Shown in pieces: positions 20,272-29,267 of a stretch of 64,000 nt of DNA (its first letter is position 1; every line of letters begins with the position of its first letter). This DNA comes from a virus (taxonomy: Duplodnaviria; Caudoviricetes). A program made the translations under genes and the position numbers. The notes under the pieces were generated by a model. The model was not told where the DNA came from. It searched no databases and saw only the letters and a program-made list of their open reading frames with translations. The stretch lies in IMG/VR virus record IMGVR_UViG_3300028025_000089; one strand, 5' to 3'.

Positions 20272-20293
20272 TAGAACAATTAAAAACACACAT

Positions 20294-20818
20294 ATGAATT
20301 ACTTACTTTTTGCATATTACAACGACACAGTAGAAAACACAGAAGAAAAAACACAAGAAATCGGAACCAAATTAGCAGAACACATGACTAGCGGTCAAGT
20401 TAAGTTCATGTATGGTGAAAGACACGCAATTTTCCATTTTGCATACAAAGGAGATTTCCAAGACGTGTCAGATGTAATGTTTTTTATTCATGAAGAACTT
20501 GAAGGATTTGAATACTTCATCACAAAAAAATCAAAAGATTACTCTTCAAACTTTGATGAAGACAACTTAAATCATTTAATGTCGTTAAGAAACACAACAC
20601 CAAAAAAACGTAAACCAACACCACCAAGATTAAGAACAAAAGATCTAAATGGTGAAGACACATTTATGGACCTTTCTGATTTATTTTTACATTTCAAAAA
20701 ACCAAATGTTTGCAATCTAACTCTTGATGAATTACTTGATAAGATTAGCGAACAAGGTATGGAATCGTTATCTGAAATCGAAAAAGAAAAATTAGAAGAA
20801 TACTCAAAATCACTTTAA
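20294..20818 (+). CDS. Hypothetical protein with a C-terminal DUF6576-like motif
   Basis: LDELLDKISEQGMESLSEIEKEKL resembles the IDxILDKIxxxGxxSLTxxEK motif. Confidence 0.5.
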   Translation: MNYLLFAYYNDTVENTEEKTQEIGTKLAEHMTSGQVKFMYGERHAIFHFAYKGDFQDVSDVMFFIHEELEGFEYFITKKSKDYSSNFDEDNLNHLMSLRNTTPKKRKPTPPRLRTKDLNGEDTFMDLSDLFLHFKKPNVCNLTLDELLDKISEQGMESLSEIEKEKLEEYSKSL

Positions 20819-20827
20819 AACAAATAT

Positions 20828-21628
20828 ATGAAGGACAAAAACACAGGAGCACCTATTAATCAGGAGGAAATTTCGCACTACCTTAAAGACATTCGAAAAA
20901 TTAAGGTAATGACCGCAGAACGGGAGCGTGAACTGGCTAAAAAAATGAAGTCAGAAGATACGCCAATGTCCGAAAGACGAAGAATCGAACAAGAGTTAAT
21001 TGAAGGAAATCTTCGTTTTGTTATTACGGTGGCAAAACAATATCAAAATCAAGGTCTTGATTTATCAGATCTAATTGCTGAAGGAAATCTTGGTCTTATG
21101 AAAGCTATTAAAAACTTTGATTGGAACAAAGATCTTCGATTTATATCTTACGGCGTTTGGTGGATAAAACAATCTATCATTCAGTCTTTAAATGATAATT
21201 CAAGAACCATTCGACTACCAGTCAATGTTGTTCAGGATCTACAAAGAGCGAAAAAAGAAGTTGAACAATCAGGTAAAAAACTTGAAGACAAGTTTGCATC
21301 ACTACCTTCAATGGTAGACTTAGATATGAATATCAATGAAGACGGAGATACTTTATTGGATATGATTTCAAATAAGGATGCTGAATTACCTGATGCGGTA
21401 TTTGACACCAAAGACATTTTAAAAGATAAAATGTTAAAACTTCTAAACGTATTGGATGATCGTGAAAAGTCGATTGTTGGAGATTACTTTGGTCTAACAG
21501 GGACTCCAAGAACATTGGAAGATATCGGATCTGATTTTGGTCTTACAAAGGAGCGTGTTCGTCAGATCAAAGAAAAGGCTCTACGTAGACTTAGAAATGA
21601 TTCTTCAGAATTATTCGATTATTTATAA
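20828..21628 (+). CDS. RNA polymerase sigma-70 family factor (RpoD/RpoS-like, regions 1.2-4)
   Basis: Motifs YLKDI, NLRFVITVAKQY, DLIAEGNLGLMKA..FD, FISYGVWWI.Q.I, TIRLP, and region 4 RTLEDIG..FGLTKERVRQI. Confidence 0.92.
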   Translation: MKDKNTGAPINQEEISHYLKDIRKIKVMTAERERELAKKMKSEDTPMSERRRIEQELIEGNLRFVITVAKQYQNQGLDLSDLIAEGNLGLMKAIKNFDWNKDLRFISYGVWWIKQSIIQSLNDNSRTIRLPVNVVQDLQRAKKEVEQSGKKLEDKFASLPSMVDLDMNINEDGDTLLDMISNKDAELPDAVFDTKDILKDKMLKLLNVLDDREKSIVGDYFGLTGTPRTLEDIGSDFGLTKERVRQIKEKALRRLRNDSSELFDYL

Positions 21629-21657
21629 AAAAGTTTTGGCGGTTTAAAAAAAACAAT

Positions 21658-21665
21658 TATCTTTG
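21658..21665 (+). promoter_or_regulatory. Bacteroidota-type -7 element with no downstream plus-strand ORF
   Basis: TATCTTTG followed by GC-rich structured sequence. Confidence 0.55.
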
Positions 21666-21671
21666 TATCAC

Positions 21672-21920
21672 AAACGACGAAAGATATGGTCAATCAAGTT
21701 TGTCGGGAAGCTTACTCCTGGGGTCGTAAGTCGTCGTGACACCGCGGTTAGTGTGTCGGGTTTAAATTCCTCGAATCGGACCGAAAAATGGGTAAAGGTC
21801 AGAATGATATCTAACTGACTGGATGAGTAGAAGTGGCTTGGGATTAAAGAGTCTTAAGTTGATAGGAGAATGGGAAACGATTAAGATACTAAATAACTAT
21901 CCTACTCAATCCACCCAAAT
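21672..21920 (+). ncRNA. Candidate structured non-coding RNA
   Basis: Stems acgacga/tcgtcgt, gacac/gtgtc, gtcag/ctgac and tcttaa/ttaaga, plus long-range pairing of ggatgagtag and tgggt with ctactcaatccaccca. GC content is visibly above background. Confidence 0.45.
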
Positions 21921-22328
21921 TACAAATTGATTTTTAGAAACCCTAAATGGGTTTGTTAAACTTTCCCTCCATAAAGTTCCGATATTCATAACCCAATACG
22001 ATCCTTCTTGATGTTCAGGATATATTGGAAATGCTAACTCCCACTTTAAAGATTTTACCACAAATGGTTGACCATTTATTATTGATTGATTGATAATACC
22101 TTCGGCAATCTGATATTTTACAAAATTCTCAATAAAAAATTTTAGTTCTTTATTTGAAATTTCCCTTTGATTGTATCCCTCACCCTGTTCAGGTCTTGTT
22201 TTTCTTGATGAAGCGTGACTACCTGTAAAGAATTCAAAATTAAATTTGACATCCATATTGGTAATAATTTGTGCGATCTTCTTTTCTAATAATAAATGTT
22301 TCCTTATTATTTCAGTTATTAGACTCAT
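21906..22328 (-). CDS. Hypothetical protein with an N-terminal (L-x-E) leader
   Basis: MSLITEIIRKHLLLE; TATTTAC variant motif upstream. Confidence 0.6.
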   Translation of the reverse strand: MSLITEIIRKHLLLEKKIAQIITNMDVKFNFEFFTGSHASSRKTRPEQGEGYNQREISNKELKFFIENFVKYQIAEGIINQSIINGQPFVVKSLKWELAFPIYPEHQEGSYWVMNIGTLWRESLTNPFRVSKNQFVIWVD

Positions 22329-22374
22329 ATATGTAAATATTATGTTTTGATATTTATATTATAAAACAAATTAA

Positions 22375-23718
22375 ATGAATAGAAAATTATTACCCTGGTT
22401 ATTGTTATTTTGTGCGTTAGGTCTTTCGGGAACTGCGGCTTATTATAGTGTTTATGGTTTATCCATCATATTTTCAGGAGTTGCAATTCCTGTAATCATA
22501 ATGGGTAGTTTTTTGGAAGTATCCAAATTATCAATTGCCACTTATCTTCATAATAGTTGGAAAAACATTTATGGATCGTTAAAGATCTATTTAACTTTTG
22601 CAATTGTAATCTTATCGATTCTAACATCTGTTGGTATATATGGACTCTTATCTACAGGATTTCAAAAAAGTATTGCAGGACTTGAGATTCAAAACAAAAA
22701 AATTGAAAACATCGAAGTAAAAAAGAAAAGGTTCGAACAAATCAAAAAAGAAACTCAAAAAGAAAAATCCGTTTTAGATAAAGACATAACAAGTCTTAGA
22801 ATGGCACTTTCAACAAATACCACAACACAATCTGTTGATAGACAAACGGGAATTGTTATTACTAGAGCAAATAATCAAAATAGAAGATCTTTTGAAACCC
22901 AATTAAAAATTGCTCAACAAAACAGAGATACTTTATCAAAAAAAATAGACAACATAAATGATAGTATTACAAGTTTGGACACAAAGATCTTGGATATGGC
23001 ATCAAAAGAAATTGAGTCTGGTGAGTTAGGATCTATTAAATATTTAAGTGAGATCACAGGATGGAACATTAAAACAACTGCCAACTTTTTTATTCTAACT
23101 TTAATATTCGTATTTGACCCATTGGCAATTGCCCTTGTTATATCCACAAATCAGGCATTTATTGCATATAGAAGAAAAAAAGAAGAGGAAGAAGAGAATA
23201 AACCGGTTATTGAAGAAATTTTTGAAGAGGATGAAATTGAAATACCTGAAAGTTATTTAACACATCATACACCCCAAGTTGAACCCGAAGTAATTGAAAC
23301 AATCGTTGAAGTAGAAAAGATCGTTGAAGTTCCTGTGGATAGAATCGTTGAGGTTCCTGTAGAGGTAATTAAAGAGGTTGAGAGAATCGTTGAGGTTCCC
23401 GTTGATAGATTGGTTGAAGTTGTTCGTGAAGTTCCCGTAGATAGAATTGTTGAGGTTATTCGTGAGGTTCCTGTTGAGGTGATCAAAGAAGTGGAGAAGA
23501 TCGTTGAGGTTCCTGTTGAAGTTGAAAAAATAATTCATGTTCCTGTTGAGGTGATCAAAGAAGTTGAAAAGATCGTTGAGGTTCCAGTAGATAGAATTGT
23601 TGAGGTGATCAAAGAAGTAGAAAAGATTGTTGAGGTTCCCGTTCAAATTGAAGAACAAAAAGAGAATAGTGTTGACTCTTCTGAAGAAAATGTTAGAGTT
23701 TTATCTTATAAAAAATAA
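22375..23718 (+). CDS. Multi-pass membrane protein with a periplasmic coiled coil and C-terminal VEVPV repeats
   Basis: About three N-terminal TM helices, a long coiled coil, a further TM (LIFVFDPLAIAL), then the repeats. Confidence 0.75.
   Translation: MNRKLLPWLLLFCALGLSGTAAYYSVYGLSIIFSGVAIPVIIMGSFLEVSKLSIATYLHNSWKNIYGSLKIYLTFAIVILSILTSVGIYGLLSTGFQKSIAGLEIQNKKIENIEVKKKRFEQIKKETQKEKSVLDKDITSLRMALSTNTTTQSVDRQTGIVITRANNQNRRSFETQLKIAQQNRDTLSKKIDNINDSITSLDTKILDMASKEIESGELGSIKYLSEITGWNIKTTANFFILTLIFVFDPLAIALVISTNQAFIAYRRKKEEEEENKPVIEEIFEEDEIEIPESYLTHHTPQVEPEVIETIVEVEKIVEVPVDRIVEVPVEVIKEVERIVEVPVDRLVEVVREVPVDRIVEVIREVPVEVIKEVEKIVEVPVEVEKIIHVPVEVIKEVEKIVEVPVDRIVEVIKEVEKIVEVPVQIEEQKENSVDSSEENVRVLSYKK
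23300..23645 (+). repeat. Coding tandem repeats (IVEVPVDR / EVIKEVEK)
   Basis: Recurring atcgttgaggttcctgt units. Confidence 0.8.
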
Positions 23719-23721
23719 AAT

Positions 23722-24315
23722 ATGGACATTATTGAATCAAAATTTGATGTTGACTATTCACACGTAGACAAAAAAACACAAATAATTTTGATTCATACCT
23801 CAAGACCATTGATTGATTTCATGGTGTCATTAAAACATCGTTTTTTAGGTAAACCACCAAGATTACCGCATTATTTAATATCAAGAGATGGGAAAATACT
23901 TCAAACTCTTGATGACAATATGGATAGTAATTATTTCAATAGTGTTACAATTAACTACAAATCTATCGTCATTAGTTTAGAAAATTTAGGTTGGTTAGAA
24001 AAAGTTCCTTTAAGAAAGTATCACATTAATTGGATTGGCAATATTTATAAAGACAAAGTGGTGGAGAAAAAGTGGAGGGATAATTATTTTTGGCAACCTT
24101 ATACTGAAGTTCAATATGAAAAAGCAGCTGAACTTTGTATAGAATTGTCAAAAAAACATAACATAAATTTAAATTTTGTTGGACATAATACAAAAATAAA
24201 AGGGATTGAAACTTTTATGGGTATTATAACAAGAGCAAATTTTGATTCAAAAGCAACGGATTTAAGTCCGGCATTTGACTTTGAAAAGTTTAATAAATTA
24301 TTGAAAAATGAATAA
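23722..24315 (+). CDS. N-acetylmuramoyl-L-alanine amidase (endolysin, Amidase_2-like)
   Basis: Motifs ILIHT, PHYLISRDG, SIVISLEN, VGHN and TDLSPAFDF. Confidence 0.7.
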   Translation: MDIIESKFDVDYSHVDKKTQIILIHTSRPLIDFMVSLKHRFLGKPPRLPHYLISRDGKILQTLDDNMDSNYFNSVTINYKSIVISLENLGWLEKVPLRKYHINWIGNIYKDKVVEKKWRDNYFWQPYTEVQYEKAAELCIELSKKHNINLNFVGHNTKIKGIETFMGIITRANFDSKATDLSPAFDFEKFNKLLKNE

Positions 24316-24895
24316 CTACGAAGAAATAAAAAATTTAATTGAAGCATCAAGAAGGGCTCTTTCTAAAAACATTAATGAAAGTTCAAAAAAACAAATCAGA
24401 AAACAATATGGTTTATTAATTGAACAAAAAGAAGAAGAGGTTGATGTGGACATCGACGCTGACGTATCTTTTGATGAAAAAAAACCTAAAAAAGACTCTG
24501 ATGAGATTGGAAAACCAAAAGACAAACAAAAAACATATAAAATTCAAGGTAACCTATTGGTTTTAAACGGGAAAACAGAGGCAGATATTCAATTAACAAC
24601 AGATGAAAAAAATGCGTTTGTAGAAACTGTTGATGAATTTAGAAATGATGTTGCCGAATTGGCGGAGTTTGATAAGTTAAAAGTTTACCAAGATAATGTT
24701 GAATGGTCAGGTAAAATTTTGGAATTAGATTTGGAGTTTTTCTACACTATTAAAGAACCAAATGGAATCTATATCAATGGTGAAATGATGAAATTGGATG
24801 AGAAATATTTGGAGATGATTCCCAAGATTCAATCATTCTACGAAAAATTTAAAAATAAATGGAGTAAAATTGTCTCATCAAGACTTGAAGATTAA
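24308..24895 (+). CDS. Hypothetical protein with leader-like I-x-E sites
   Basis: Contains NINE and LLIE|Q; coupled ORF. Confidence 0.6.
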   Translation: MNNYEEIKNLIEASRRALSKNINESSKKQIRKQYGLLIEQKEEEVDVDIDADVSFDEKKPKKDSDEIGKPKDKQKTYKIQGNLLVLNGKTEADIQLTTDEKNAFVETVDEFRNDVAELAEFDKLKVYQDNVEWSGKILELDLEFFYTIKEPNGIYINGEMMKLDEKYLEMIPKIQSFYEKFKNKWSKIVSSRLED

Positions 24896-25248
24896 TGAAG
24901 GACTTTTTTGTATATAATTGGAAAACAATCACTCTTACAATATTGGGAGTGATTTTTGTGTATTTATTAGTTCGAGTTTTTACACCAACACCAGATCATA
25001 GTGAATTGAATAAATATAAGTTGGACCAAATTGATCAAAAGGTTAAGGATATTGAAAAACTTCAAAAAGATATTAAAGATTCTATAAAATTATATAGATC
25101 ACAAATTAAAGATATTGATACAAAAATTTCAAAGATTAAATTACAACGAAACGAAATTAATAATTACTATACTATCAAGGAAGACGAAATTAAAAGTGCG
25201 GACAAAAAAAAAATTGATAGTTTGTTTAAAAAAAGATATAACTTTTAA
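24895..25248 (+). CDS. N-terminal TM plus coiled-coil protein (inner-membrane spanin-like)
   Basis: One N-terminal TM helix then a coiled coil; lies near the amidase. Confidence 0.45.
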   Translation: MKDFFVYNWKTITLTILGVIFVYLLVRVFTPTPDHSELNKYKLDQIDQKVKDIEKLQKDIKDSIKLYRSQIKDIDTKISKIKLQRNEINNYYTIKEDEIKSADKKKIDSLFKKRYNF

Positions 25249-25249
25249 T

Positions 25250-25663
25250 ATGAAAAAAAATATATTACTTATCATTTTTACTTTTTTGTGTTTAGGGTTT
25301 CTTTCACAAAAGAATAACTCCGACACCTCTCAAATGTGTATTCCTTATCCTGTGGCAAAACAAATACTATTGGATTTAAATAACTACGATAAGTTGCAAG
25401 AGGTTGTAAAAACTTATAAAGAGGAGATTTATGAACTTAACAAAAAAACACAAGTTCTACAAAAAGAAAACGATTCGTGGGAAAAAGAAGATAGTCTTAA
25501 TAGAGAAATCATTAGTGAAAAAAACAAAGCAATTGAAATCATTAAAGAAGAGAATAAAGGTCTTAGAGAAGAAAATAAAAGAATCAAAACTAAAAATACT
25601 TTATATAATATAATCTCTGCGGTAATCATAGCACCATTAACCTACATAGCACTTTTAAAATAA
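25250..25663 (+). CDS. Signal-peptide, coiled-coil, C-terminal TM protein (spanin-like)
   Basis: The likely start is the ATG at 25250 (MKKNILLIIFTFLCLG), not 25115; C-terminal hydrophobic helix. Confidence 0.45.
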   Translation: MKKNILLIIFTFLCLGFLSQKNNSDTSQMCIPYPVAKQILLDLNNYDKLQEVVKTYKEEIYELNKKTQVLQKENDSWEKEDSLNREIISEKNKAIEIIKEENKGLREENKRIKTKNTLYNIISAVIIAPLTYIALLK

Positions 25664-25908
25664 TGGCACTGACACAAACAGATAAGAATGAAATTGAAGT
25701 GATGATCAGAAAAGAAATAAAAAGTTTTCTTGACTCCAACACGTCTAAACAATTTGAAGATAAACTAATGGATAAAATATCCACAGAACTTCAAAGAGGA
25801 AAATATAAAAATCACGTAAAAGACATTGTCATAAAATCTTTTCAAGAATACTTTAACATGATGTATCATCAAAAAGGATATTGGGAGTCTAAATTTAGAA
25901 ACATGTAA
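25663..25908 (+). CDS. Hypothetical protein
   Basis: Coupled ORF. Confidence 0.6.
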   Translation: MALTQTDKNEIEVMIRKEIKSFLDSNTSKQFEDKLMDKISTELQRGKYKNHVKDIVIKSFQEYFNMMYHQKGYWESKFRNM

Positions 25909-26651
25909 TGGAAGATATAATACAAAAACTTCAGTCAGGTTTGGTTAGTGGTGGTGTTAGGCCGAAACAAAGATACGAAATCAATAAACTGATTGATGCT
26001 GAAATGAAAGAAGGTAAAAACAAAAAAAGAGATTATTTAAGTTTTTTAAAAGACGAGGACGATCTTCTTCAGATTTATAACTTGATAAAAAATAAAAAAT
26101 TATCAAATAACCAAATTAGAAAAAAAATTAAAGAGTTTTTAAATGACCCTGAAGACTTGAATGATTTTTTAAAATCAATTTTATCTGAAAAAGGAAAAAA
26201 AGAAGAAAACACCGAAGCAACAGGTGCAGGATCTGCGGGTGGATATTCTATGCCATTATTCTCAACAACAAAGGGTGATATTACAAAAAATGTGAAAACA
26301 GTAAGAGAAAGTTTAGATGTAGAAGATTCTGAATTGAAAAAAACTGAAACTAAAGAAGCCACTACATCAGCGTCTTCAGGACAATATTCACAACCCGCAA
26401 TTTGGGCAAAATCACTAAAGAAAAAAGATTTTGCTGGTTATAAAAAACCACTATACAAAGGAGGAAAATTTGTTCAAGTAAAAAAGAAATGTAAAACGTT
26501 CCCGTATTGTAATCAAGGTGATATTGGATCTTTAAACATTTTTGAAAATGAATCAGTAAAAAGTGCGGTTGACAGTGTCTCGAAAAACTATGGGTTGGAT
26601 AAGAACTACATTTTCGAATTACTTTATCAAGAAATGACTAAAACAAAATAA
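25908..26651 (+). CDS. Hypothetical protein, possibly head-associated
   Basis: Two similar motifs, EATGAGSAGGYSMP and EATTSASSGQYSQP. Confidence 0.6.
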   Translation: MEDIIQKLQSGLVSGGVRPKQRYEINKLIDAEMKEGKNKKRDYLSFLKDEDDLLQIYNLIKNKKLSNNQIRKKIKEFLNDPEDLNDFLKSILSEKGKKEENTEATGAGSAGGYSMPLFSTTKGDITKNVKTVRESLDVEDSELKKTETKEATTSASSGQYSQPAIWAKSLKKKDFAGYKKPLYKGGKFVQVKKKCKTFPYCNQGDIGSLNIFENESVKSAVDSVSKNYGLDKNYIFELLYQEMTKTK

Positions 26652-26678
26652 TAAGATATTTATAAAATAAAAAGAAAA

Positions 26679-28319
26679 ATGAATCAAAAACAATATATCC
26701 GATCAAGATTTGAAAAAATACTTAAAGAAAGTATTCACGAAAAAGCAGAATCTATTATGAATAGATTGAACCTTAAAAAGGAAACAGATTTGTATGACAC
26801 AAACGAGTTTGATTATGTTCAAGAGGGTGAAACATGTGAACAATGCGGTTCATCAGAAGTGACAGAAAAAGAGTGTATGGAATGTGGTTGGAAGGGTTCA
26901 TCTGAAGTTATGGAATTTGAAGATGATATTGACTATGGTAATACTAAATATGGTTTAGGTGATGATGACGATGAAGAATTCGTAAATTATGATGATATTA
27001 ATTATGACGATGAAGAAGAATATTATCCTGAACTAAGAATGCCTCGTGACATGCCATCATACAAAACTAAATATAGACATAGTGATGATGAAGAAGAAAT
27101 AACAGAAAAACTTCATGGTAAACAACGTAAATTAGACAAAAACAAAAATAATAGGATTGACTCCGAAGATTTAAAAATGTTAAGAAAACAACAAGATGAA
27201 ACAGAACAACTTTATGAAGTAGAGTTTGAAAAAGAAGTAGGAGAAGGTGAAACTGATGAAAGTAAAGAATTCGCCTATGCCGCTATGATGGCTAAAAAGA
27301 AAGGTAAAAAAACTTTTGAGTTGGATGGGGAAACATTTGATGTTAAAGAATCATACATAACTGAAAAATGGAAAGGTGATGTTGAGGTTGAACAAACTGG
27401 TGAATATTCAGACATGTCTATTGCTGAGTTGAATGCAGCAATCAAAAAACAAAAGGCTAAAAACGATAGAACAAAAGAGGCTGGTAAAAAAGTCTCTCAT
27501 GCAGATAAAACAAAAATGAGTCAATTATATTTTGCTAAAAGAGCAAAACAAGGTTGGAAAGGTAAAGGAAAGGCAAAAGTTAATGAAAGTATTTTGTTTA
27601 CTGAAACAGACTTAATCGACTTTATCGAAAAAATCGTAAACGAAGATAAAAAATTCAGAAAATCAGAATCTAAAGGTTTTAGAGAATATGAAAGAGTTCA
27701 CAAAGCAGACAAGAAAGAAAATGAAGATTATTTGAAAAGTGTTGCTAAAAAAATGACTGATTATTTGAAAGGTATGAACGACGAAAGTTCAAAATATGAG
27801 ATGAAAGAAACTCAAAAATTCCCAACTGAAAATGGTGGATTAAAAAAGGGTAATAGAAAAAAATACACACCATCGGATGCAGTCGACGAATACATTGATG
27901 CTTTTTCATATCCAGGTCAAACTAATTTAGTTTATGATGAAATAAAACCTAATGAGGAGTGGATAGAAGATTTAATAAAAGGGTCTTCAAGAACAGGAAA
28001 CGCTCAAGTTGACAAAGATGGAAATGCTTTGGGTAATGTCGTTCCAAGTAAAACAGGAGAAAAGTTCTTTAAAAATTATAAAGACAATCTCTATGGTCAA
28101 GAACAACAAGAAGCATCTTATAAAAGACAACCACAACCTGTAGACCAAGCTGGTGAACACACTGAAAGAGGATCTTTAAAATCAAGAAAAGGAAAAAAGA
28201 CTTCACAATCAGTTCTAAATAAGTTAGAAGAAAATGTAAATGAGAAAGAAAGTAAAAAGTTGAACGAAGAGTTTGATCGAATTCAAGATTTAATGGGATA
28301 CAATAGAAAAACTCAATAA
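26679..28319 (+). CDS. Large charged protein with leader, Zn-ribbon and EF-hand-like loop (putative internal head protein)
   Basis: ILKE|SIHE leader, CEQC...CMEC, DKNKNNRIDSED; TATTTAT upstream. Confidence 0.6.
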   Translation: MNQKQYIRSRFEKILKESIHEKAESIMNRLNLKKETDLYDTNEFDYVQEGETCEQCGSSEVTEKECMECGWKGSSEVMEFEDDIDYGNTKYGLGDDDDEEFVNYDDINYDDEEEYYPELRMPRDMPSYKTKYRHSDDEEEITEKLHGKQRKLDKNKNNRIDSEDLKMLRKQQDETEQLYEVEFEKEVGEGETDESKEFAYAAMMAKKKGKKTFELDGETFDVKESYITEKWKGDVEVEQTGEYSDMSIAELNAAIKKQKAKNDRTKEAGKKVSHADKTKMSQLYFAKRAKQGWKGKGKAKVNESILFTETDLIDFIEKIVNEDKKFRKSESKGFREYERVHKADKKENEDYLKSVAKKMTDYLKGMNDESSKYEMKETQKFPTENGGLKKGNRKKYTPSDAVDEYIDAFSYPGQTNLVYDEIKPNEEWIEDLIKGSSRTGNAQVDKDGNALGNVVPSKTGEKFFKNYKDNLYGQEQQEASYKRQPQPVDQAGEHTERGSLKSRKGKKTSQSVLNKLEENVNEKESKKLNEEFDRIQDLMGYNRKTQ

Positions 28320-28361
28320 TTTACAATAAAATACCTTAACCTATATTATCCATAGTTAGTA

Positions 28362-28835
28362 ATGACTATGGATAATTTTTTTAACTATATCACCAAAAAT
28401 TTAAATCCTGAAGACGTTGATACGTGGTTTAGGGCCAATAATATAATTTCTGAAAAAATGGAGTTGTATTATGATTTTTCTTATAGTCTACATCTACTAA
28501 TTAAAAGCACGTATTTAGGGTCAAAAAATGAAAAAAATGAAACCTTAGTTAAAATGACTAATGAGGATGATATTAATCATTTTGATTGGTGTTGGAAAAA
28601 AACAGTAGAAAACTTTAAAAAAGAAAGTATTATCTTCAGAACGGATGGAGATCATTACAAATACTTTTTTACTTTATTTGATGAAATATTCTATAAACAA
28701 GAAAAGGAACAAATTAGAGAATCGATAGACGTTTTTTTTAACGACTTGTTTAACAAAGACAAACCATTTACACAAGTTGATTTAGACCTTATTTATAATA
28801 TATATAAATCTTTGGATAATAATCTTATTATCTAA
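28362..28835 (+). CDS. Hypothetical protein
   Basis: 157-aa ORF. Confidence 0.6.
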   Translation: MTMDNFFNYITKNLNPEDVDTWFRANNIISEKMELYYDFSYSLHLLIKSTYLGSKNEKNETLVKMTNEDDINHFDWCWKKTVENFKKESIIFRTDGDHYKYFFTLFDEIFYKQEKEQIRESIDVFFNDLFNKDKPFTQVDLDLIYNIYKSLDNNLII

Positions 28836-28837
28836 AC

Positions 28838-28866
28838 TTTACTAATATAATATTGAATGGTATTAT
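28838..28866 (+). promoter_or_regulatory. Class-2 promoter upstream of the histone-like gene
   Basis: TTTACT-N17-TATTAT. Confidence 0.45.
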
Positions 28867-28898
28867 TTAGTGAAATAAACTATAATTTTTAATAACAA

Positions 28899-29069
28899 AT
28901 GGAAACATTAGAGAAAATTAAAGAGCTTACTGAACAATTGAGCTTAGATGTTACAAAGTTTTATTCTGGAAACAAAAGTGCCGGAACAAGAGCAAGAAAA
29001 TCATCTCAAGACCTTAAAACTCTTTTACAACAATTAAGAAGCGAAATTCTTGAAGAAAGAAAAAAATGA
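28899..29069 (+). CDS. Histone H1-like protein, Hc1 family (56 aa, not in track)
   Basis: METLEKIKELTEQLSLDVTKFYSGNKSAGTRARKSSQDLKTLLQQLRSEILEERKK contains the GNK(A/S)AGTRARK signature. Confidence 0.8.
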   Translation: METLEKIKELTEQLSLDVTKFYSGNKSAGTRARKSSQDLKTLLQQLRSEILEERKK

Positions 29070-29266
29070 TTATGATTAGTTTGGATATTTTTTCCCTTTT
29101 TATTTTTATCCTTTCAACACTCTATGTGATGAACGGAATTTTTAGAATTATTAAAAACATTTTAAGTCAGAACCCTTCTGAAATGAGATACTCAATTTGG
29201 GAAAAAATATCCAACTATTTTTTCATCACTTATCTAATAACCTATATTTTAACAAAATATCTATAA
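29066..29266 (+). CDS. Small membrane protein
   Basis: Two hydrophobic segments. Confidence 0.5.
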   Translation: MIMISLDIFSLFIFILSTLYVMNGIFRIIKNILSQNPSEMRYSIWEKISNYFFITYLITYILTKYL

Positions 29267-29267
29267 T

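Noticed and set aside
21755-21775. tRNA T-arm-like string gggtttaaattcc
   Set aside because: The stem is imperfect, and no matching acceptor, D or anticodon arms or CCA end were found; no tRNA is supported anywhere in the window.
21815-21885. Possible hammerhead ribozyme core (ctggatgag ... gaaac)
   Set aside because: It lacks the exact CUGANGA core with properly placed stems.
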